Positions 14,715 through 19,551 of a DNA stretch of 19,551 nt are shown here, piece by piece. Below the pieces are notes generated by a model. The model saw only the letters and a list, made by a program, of their open reading frames with translations, ran no database searches and had not been told where the DNA came from. The stretch is from contig JBKCUU010000031.1 in the NCBI GenBank assembly GCA_046318155.1, positions 1 through 19,551 on the forward strand, read 5' to 3'. The first letter of the stretch is position 1. Each line of letters starts with the position of its first letter. Position numbers and translations under genes: made by a program. This DNA is from Bdellovibrio sp. GTDB lineage: Bacteria > Bdellovibrionota > Bdellovibrionia > Bdellovibrionales > Bdellovibrionaceae.

Positions 14715-17010
14715 CTTTTTTGAGAACAGCAAGAACCTTCATGAGTTCGACGCGTCCAATGTCACCCAATCCAAACTGTTTTTCAAACTTAAATGCAACC
14801 AAATCACCGGCACCTGGCTTTTTACCTTTAAAAGCCAAGTACAGGAAAATGTCATCCACCATGAAATTTCCCAGAGGACTCAAAGATTCAATGAAACTTC
14901 GGAATCGAGGCGCCGCGGCCAAAACCTCGTCTTGGTGCATCCGTCCATCACGGTTGGTGTCATAGACGACCATGAGAGTTTCGACGTACTGAAGAACCAC
15001 GACGCTGTTGCGGATTTCAGCAAATTCTATCGCCTTGGGGTCGCGTTGGTCCAGCGCCGACACCGTCAGCATCGAATCATAAAAAACACGCCAATCTCTT
15101 TCCGGCATGAGCTTGGCAAGAGTCGTCATCCCGGGCAACCCTTCCATGACGACCGAAAAGTTTTTCTTAAAAACTTGCTCGAAGCAATCGGCCTGGTAAA
15201 CGGGCCACCCCAAGATGTCGATCTTTCCGTTTTCACACTGAGCATTGCCAGCCATCTTCATCACTTCGGTCGCCATTTTTGCGCCGCCAGAAACCAGCAG
15301 AGAAAGCTCTTCTGTCAACTCCAGGCTATCGAGCCATTGGTCCCCGTTTCCGTGAAACGTAAAGAAGTTGGCTTCTTTAAAGGTGCGCCCGGCTGGATCA
15401 GCCGACCTCGGATCTAGAAATTTAATGGCCCGACCCATCTCTCGAAAGTCTCGCTCCATGTTCGTCAGCGAGGCTTGTTTGATCATGAGCTTCCAAGGAT
15501 CAGGATTTGTTCCCTCTCCGTAAGCGCGAAGGACCAGGCGACTTAAGGAACGCAGTCCATTCAAGATATTGAGCCCAACAAAGCTGGTTCGAGCACTCGG
15601 AACATCATAGCGCAGCAGGATTTTTCCGGAGTTTGTCCACTGGAGGGGACGAGGGCCCGTGACTATTTCGCCCCACTGGTTCCAGGAAGTTAGCAGGGCT
15701 TCGCGCAGCTGGGGACCTTGCTTCATCTTGCTGATGGTCGTCAGGACAGGTTCATCGCTGAGCGCTTGAGCCAGCATCGTGATGTCCGCGCCTTCAGGAA
15801 CATTGCGATCCATAAACAAACTTAAAATCGAGTTTTGCGCCAACCGCCAGACGTTATACTCGTGCCGCAAGACCGACAAGTGTTTGCGGTCAATCGCAAC
15901 GACCTCAGGTGCTTGCGCTTGACGAGATTCGTTTCGATCAAGGACTCGCAAAATCACCATGCGGTAGGTTTTTTTAAGGGTCTCAACATTGAGTTCCATC
16001 TTAAGCAAATCCAATTTCCAGACTTCGTCCAAGACCGCATCGACCGCATTCGTCTCGAGGCGTCCTTCTCTGACCAGCACGGGCGCCCGGTCGATGAAGT
16101 CTAAACCCGCATCGACAAAGCGAAGAACGCGAGTCCATACCGCGGGAGAATCCATATCTTGCTTGCGCAAGCGGTAGAAAAAATCCAGAGCCATCGCGTA
16201 CCCATCGAGGGCATACGCGGTCGCCTCTTGCCACTCCCGTTCTGATTGCATGCGAGTTTGCGAGCCAAAGAAAACCGTTTTTAACGACGATAATAACGGC
16301 ATCCACTTCAGAATGGGACCAAGGGCTTTGGACGGACCTAAAAAGGTTTGAAGCTCAACAATAAAAGTTTGAATGTCAGAAAATTCAAAAACAGACCCGG
16401 CCGCTTTGGTTTCGCTGACCAAACGCTTGGCCGAGGTCTTTAAAAGTTTTGAAAGCTCTTCGAGCTTTTCACCCGAAACATCAGGTGCACTGGCTTGAAA
16501 GAGCAAAATTCTCATCCAACCGTTAAGTTTGAGCGCTTCTTGTTTAAGGATCGAAAGAAAGTACTCCATTTGCTTGAGCTCTGTACGAGTCATGGAGCGT
16601 GCCGAGCCACCGATGATCAACAACTTGAGCTTCATAAGCTCGCGCATAAAACCAACGGTGACCTGATTGGTTTTGAGTAAATAGCGGTTTAAAAAGTGGC
16701 GAAGTTCGTCGTCGGTATAGACGTCAGGGCTTGCGCCAGCCGTAAATTTCGAAAAGGTGTCCAGGGATTTTGATAAGCACGAAAACGCCGCGTCGATCTC
16801 TGAGGCCTGCGCTTTGTCCTGAATAAACTGATCAAGCTGCGCAGGTAAGACTGCGAGGCAGCCCAAACCGGACGGACTTAAAACGATCGTCTCTTGCTTG
16901 GCTTTTTCTTCAGCGGTGGCTGAACTCTTGAGAAAGCGATCGCACCCAATGTTCGAGATCGCAAAGATGCCAAGTAAAATCCAAACTATAAGGCGGAGGT
17001 TAGAAAACAT
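14701..17010 (-). CDS. Large hypothetical lipoprotein with EF-hand-like motifs, 769 aa
   Basis: Signal MFSNLRLIVWILLGIFAISNIG-C (lipobox-like) and predominantly helical sequence. Near-canonical EF-hand loop DTNRDGRMHQDE (14926-14961) and a second loop HGNGDQWLDSLE (15319-15354). Confidence 0.85.
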   Translation of the reverse strand: MFSNLRLIVWILLGIFAISNIGCDRFLKSSATAEEKAKQETIVLSPSGLGCLAVLPAQLDQFIQDKAQASEIDAAFSCLSKSLDTFSKFTAGASPDVYTDDELRHFLNRYLLKTNQVTVGFMRELMKLKLLIIGGSARSMTRTELKQMEYFLSILKQEALKLNGWMRILLFQASAPDVSGEKLEELSKLLKTSAKRLVSETKAAGSVFEFSDIQTFIVELQTFLGPSKALGPILKWMPLLSSLKTVFFGSQTRMQSEREWQEATAYALDGYAMALDFFYRLRKQDMDSPAVWTRVLRFVDAGLDFIDRAPVLVREGRLETNAVDAVLDEVWKLDLLKMELNVETLKKTYRMVILRVLDRNESRQAQAPEVVAIDRKHLSVLRHEYNVWRLAQNSILSLFMDRNVPEGADITMLAQALSDEPVLTTISKMKQGPQLREALLTSWNQWGEIVTGPRPLQWTNSGKILLRYDVPSARTSFVGLNILNGLRSLSRLVLRAYGEGTNPDPWKLMIKQASLTNMERDFREMGRAIKFLDPRSADPAGRTFKEANFFTFHGNGDQWLDSLELTEELSLLVSGGAKMATEVMKMAGNAQCENGKIDILGWPVYQADCFEQVFKKNFSVVMEGLPGMTTLAKLMPERDWRVFYDSMLTVSALDQRDPKAIEFAEIRNSVVVLQYVETLMVVYDTNRDGRMHQDEVLAAAPRFRSFIESLSPLGNFMVDDIFLYLAFKGKKPGAGDLVAFKFEKQFGLGDIGRVELMKVLAVLKKDAGK

Positions 17011-18385
17011 ACATCACCCCCATTTGAACCGAGTCATTGTTTTCGAAATCCGAATAAATCGTTTTGCGGGCCAACTCGCTTTGCGAGGCGCGCACCAAGA
17101 GGAGACTGCCGCCCACCGACCACTTCGAGTCCAGCTGATACTGCAGATCCCCTAAGATTGCTGAGTACTCCGAGCTGCTCCCTTCGGTTAACCGCACCTT
17201 GCCATGCAAGCCTTCATGCCGGCGCCAAAAAAATCGAGTCGAAGCCTCAACCGCATAAGCACTGTTCGTTGAATAACGATGCTGCAAGATCTTTTCTAAC
17301 TCTGCGGTTTTGGGACCCGAGGCGGTTTCGCTGGGGCCACTGACCGAGAGTGCCATCGCTCGGAGCTTCACAACACCCAAGCGGAGACCAACGTAAGGAG
17401 AGATCAATTCGGATTCGCCGTAGGTTCGGTACGTCCACTCGGGAGTGAACTCGGGATCCGACGGCTTGTCTCGAAGTGCGCCGACTCCAACTTCAAAAAT
17501 GCCTTTGGCGTATTGAAGATCCGCCGAATAAACCCTGTGGAAATAGATGTTGGGGTTGATTTCAACATCAATAATTTGGCCCGGAAGAATGCGGCCGTCG
17601 GCTGCGAGTGAAATTTGATTTGAGGGTTTGTAGGCGTAAGCGGCTTGAAACGCGAAGCCATCAGCCAGATTGCCAATATAAAATTGAGCGGCAAAGGATT
17701 GGTTGAACAAGATCTTGTTATTATCAGGCTTCAAGACATCATATTGCAATTGATCGACGGCGCCGGTGCTCTCGAACTTGGCTGCTTTTGGCGGTGGATT
17801 GAACCAAGGATGACTGGCTTCGAACTGGCCGTTCTTCACCGAATACCCGGCACCTTGATCCGGAATCGACAGCATCGACCCAAACAGGATGAGGCCCCAC
17901 GGGAGCTTTTCAGAGTCACCGGTGAGTCTTGCAAAAATTCCGGTCAAACCTTGGCTCTCGGGGCGCAAAGGGTTCCAGCGAAATTGTGGTTGGTAGATCC
18001 CAAGCCCCCAGCGCTCATCGAGCAAACTCCAATTTTCGAGCTTGCGCCCGACTGAGAGAAAACCCTCTTGATGATAGAGCTGACGGATATTGAGGTAAGA
18101 CAAGATCGGAGCTTGGGGCGAGAATTGACCGTCAATATGTGCCTGAAGTCCAGAGTCGAGGCTTTCCATGCCACCCCGGCGGCTGGGGTCCCCGATTCCG
18201 GCCGTTTGCATCCCGGCAAAGAAAAATCCAAATTGCTTCGAAGCAGTGACATCGTAATCAGGCGAAACAAAAGAGTCTGATTTAAGCGCAACCAGACCCT
18301 TGGCGCCGGTCCAATCGGCAGCCGCGGTCAGGCTCATGAAGAGAAGCAGCCCCCCCAACAAAGGAGAACGCCAGGATAATTGCAT
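17000..18385 (-). CDS. Predicted outer-membrane beta-barrel protein, 461 aa
   Basis: SD AGGAG precedes ATG 18385. Signal peptide ends ...SLTAAA|DW. Alternating strands (FAFQAAYAYK, VYSADLQYAKG, LGDLQYQLDSKWSVGGSL). The C-terminus VQMGVMYVF has Y-x-F with a terminal Phe, typical of BAM substrates. Confidence 0.8.
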   Translation of the reverse strand: MQLSWRSPLLGGLLLFMSLTAAADWTGAKGLVALKSDSFVSPDYDVTASKQFGFFFAGMQTAGIGDPSRRGGMESLDSGLQAHIDGQFSPQAPILSYLNIRQLYHQEGFLSVGRKLENWSLLDERWGLGIYQPQFRWNPLRPESQGLTGIFARLTGDSEKLPWGLILFGSMLSIPDQGAGYSVKNGQFEASHPWFNPPPKAAKFESTGAVDQLQYDVLKPDNNKILFNQSFAAQFYIGNLADGFAFQAAYAYKPSNQISLAADGRILPGQIIDVEINPNIYFHRVYSADLQYAKGIFEVGVGALRDKPSDPEFTPEWTYRTYGESELISPYVGLRLGVVKLRAMALSVSGPSETASGPKTAELEKILQHRYSTNSAYAVEASTRFFWRRHEGLHGKVRLTEGSSSEYSAILGDLQYQLDSKWSVGGSLLLVRASQSELARKTIYSDFENNDSVQMGVMYVF

Positions 18386-18542
18386 GAAGACTCCTGTCGA
18401 CAAACCTCCTTCAAGATCGGGACCCAGACCCCTCGCTACAAACCCCTTTCGAGTGTTCAAAACATGGTCAGGAGCTCAAAAGCGTCACTTTTTTTGGATC
18501 TTTGTGATTTTCGGAGGTAGCCCAGATTTAAGCTGATTCCGA

Positions 18543-19438
18543 GGTGCATCGAGAAGAAAAAGCCAGTTGCTTCCGTTACGCCGTTTTCGATGATGGTTGT
18601 GCGAACAAAAATCATTAAAAAGAGGGAGAAGCAATGGCTTACGGAGAAGCTATTTTAGTTCAGCTTTGCGGTCTAGAGGGAACTGACTTTGAGGTACGTG
18701 ATGTCAAGATTAGCGAAGACCTCATCGAATGGGAAATCCACCACAAAGAGCCAGCGAGCTATATTTGCCCACGCTGTGAGGCCCGCCAAGATTTTATGTC
18801 ATTGTGGTTTAAATCCAGTCGTTGAAAAAATGGATTTCAGATCAAAGCACCATCGGTTGACTCAAAGATTTGTTAACTATGTTGAATCTGTTTTGTGTTC
18901 AAAAATGTTTACGGTGGCCGACGTGAGTCGGCTCTTTTATTTGGATTACGGACTTGTTTATAAAATTGATCATGATGTGCTGCTGAGGCTATGGCAGAGC
19001 GTGAAGCTTCCGCAGCCCATTAACATCTCTGTTGATGAGAAGTCTTTTAAGAGGAGTCGTCAGTACGTGACGATCGTCACGGATCTGGATCGTAAACTCG
19101 TGATTTGGGTGAGTCCTGGCAATAGCAAAGAGTCGTTGGATCAATTTTCTAGAATTTTAGGGACGGAGTCTTGTTTAAAAATCAAGACCGTCTCCAAAGA
19201 TATGCACGTGCCGTATATCGCCAGCTGCCAGCAGTACATCCCGCAGGCACTAGAAGTTGCGGACCCTTTCCATGTTGTACAGAGGTTAAATCAGGCGATG
19301 GATGAGTGTCGATTGAACGCCTCTGTTGGCTCAGCTCTACGGCTGGGAAAAAGAAAAGTTATTTTTAATTTGCAGTGGCTTTTGCGTCGTAAGAACGAGG
19401 ATCTTGGAAAGCAGGGCCGGCTATTGACTAACGCATAA
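18543..19438 (+). mobile_element. ISL3-family insertion sequence remnant (boundaries approximate)
   Basis: ISL3 transposase remnants in visibly more AT-rich DNA. A possible left end at GGTGCATCGAGAAG (18543) resembles the GG-initiated ISL3 ends. No confirmed right end or target duplication. Confidence 0.6.
18634..19438 (+). pseudogene. ISL3-family transposase, internally deleted/frameshifted and 3'-truncated
   Basis: The first piece (18634, SD GAGGGAG) ends in half a zinc finger, YICPRC. The second frame has CHCG, HRLTQRF, an HTH (TVADVSRLFYLDYGLVYKID), ISVDEKSFKRSRQYVTIVTD, VSKDM and ADPFHVVQRLNQAMDECR, which are diagnostic of DDE_Tnp_ISL3. It stops at 19438, far short of a full ~400-aa transposase. 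Confidence 0.9.
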
Positions 19439-19488
19439 ATAAAGGCGCATTGGGCGATGGAATTGCTGAGCGAAAAATGGCGCAGAGA

Positions 19489-19535
19489 GAAAAAGCCCCG
19501 GAGGCGTGGCTAAAGCCACGTCGAGGAGCTTTTTC
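19489..19535. repeat. Palindromic element (REP-like or bidirectional terminator)
   Basis: Outer stem GAAAAAGC/GCTTTTTC (19489-19496 and 19528-19535) and inner stem GGCGTGGC-TAAA-GCCACGTC. Confidence 0.6.
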
Positions 19536-19551
19536 GAGTACACCACTGTTA

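Noticed and set aside
755..18536. Numerous 60-195 aa ORFs overlapping the called genes (for example 2396..2896, 5000..5587, 8196..8669, 14932..15417, 17645..18055)
   Set aside because: These are shadow or antisense frames of well-supported genes and have no recognisable motifs.
18386..18540. Possible riboswitch in the operon leader (CACTCGAAAGGGG on the minus strand resembles a GAAA-tetraloop stem of c-di-GMP-I RNAs)
   Set aside because: The flanking GCAAA motifs and second stem of the GEMM consensus are absent. An Infernal/Rfam scan would settle it.
18555..19497. AGAAAAAGCC present at both sides of the ISL3 remnant as a target-site duplication
   Set aside because: It is low-complexity and does not sit directly outside identifiable inverted repeats.
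1..19551. CRISPR array, tRNA/rRNA, tandem repeats, retron or anti-phage defence system
   Set aside because: I saw no regularly spaced repeats, cloverleaf signatures, reverse transcriptase or recognisable defence domains. TatD here is in a housekeeping context rather than a qatABCD-like one.

Overview
A 19.5-kb bacterial window with a densely packed core of housekeeping, envelope and hypothetical genes. The gene content and protein style suggest a Bdellovibrionota-like predator; this is my inference, not a database result. Degraded, more AT-rich accessory DNA lies at both ends. At the left end is a truncated, frameshifted RHS/YD-repeat fragment. The core contains: a minus-strand tatD-tcdA-small membrane ORF-deoxyhypusine-synthase-like operon; an unknown 346-aa protein; a DedA protein; an RluA-family pseudouridine synthase; an NhaR-like LysR regulator behind a predicted outer-membrane beta-barrel gene; a divergent EEP-family nuclease lipoprotein; and a beta-rich lipoprotein. 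It also has a six-gene, fully overlapping minus-strand operon: OM beta-barrel, 769-aa lipoprotein with EF-hand-like motifs, MFS transporter, ABC ATPase, ABC-2 permease and THUMP/RlmL-like methyltransferase. At the right end are a broken ISL3-family transposase and a REP- or terminator-like palindrome. I saw no tRNA, rRNA or CRISPR array. The best candidate for an undescribed system is the OM-barrel plus EF-hand-like lipoprotein plus transporter operon. Several genes also appear to use leaderless promoters.
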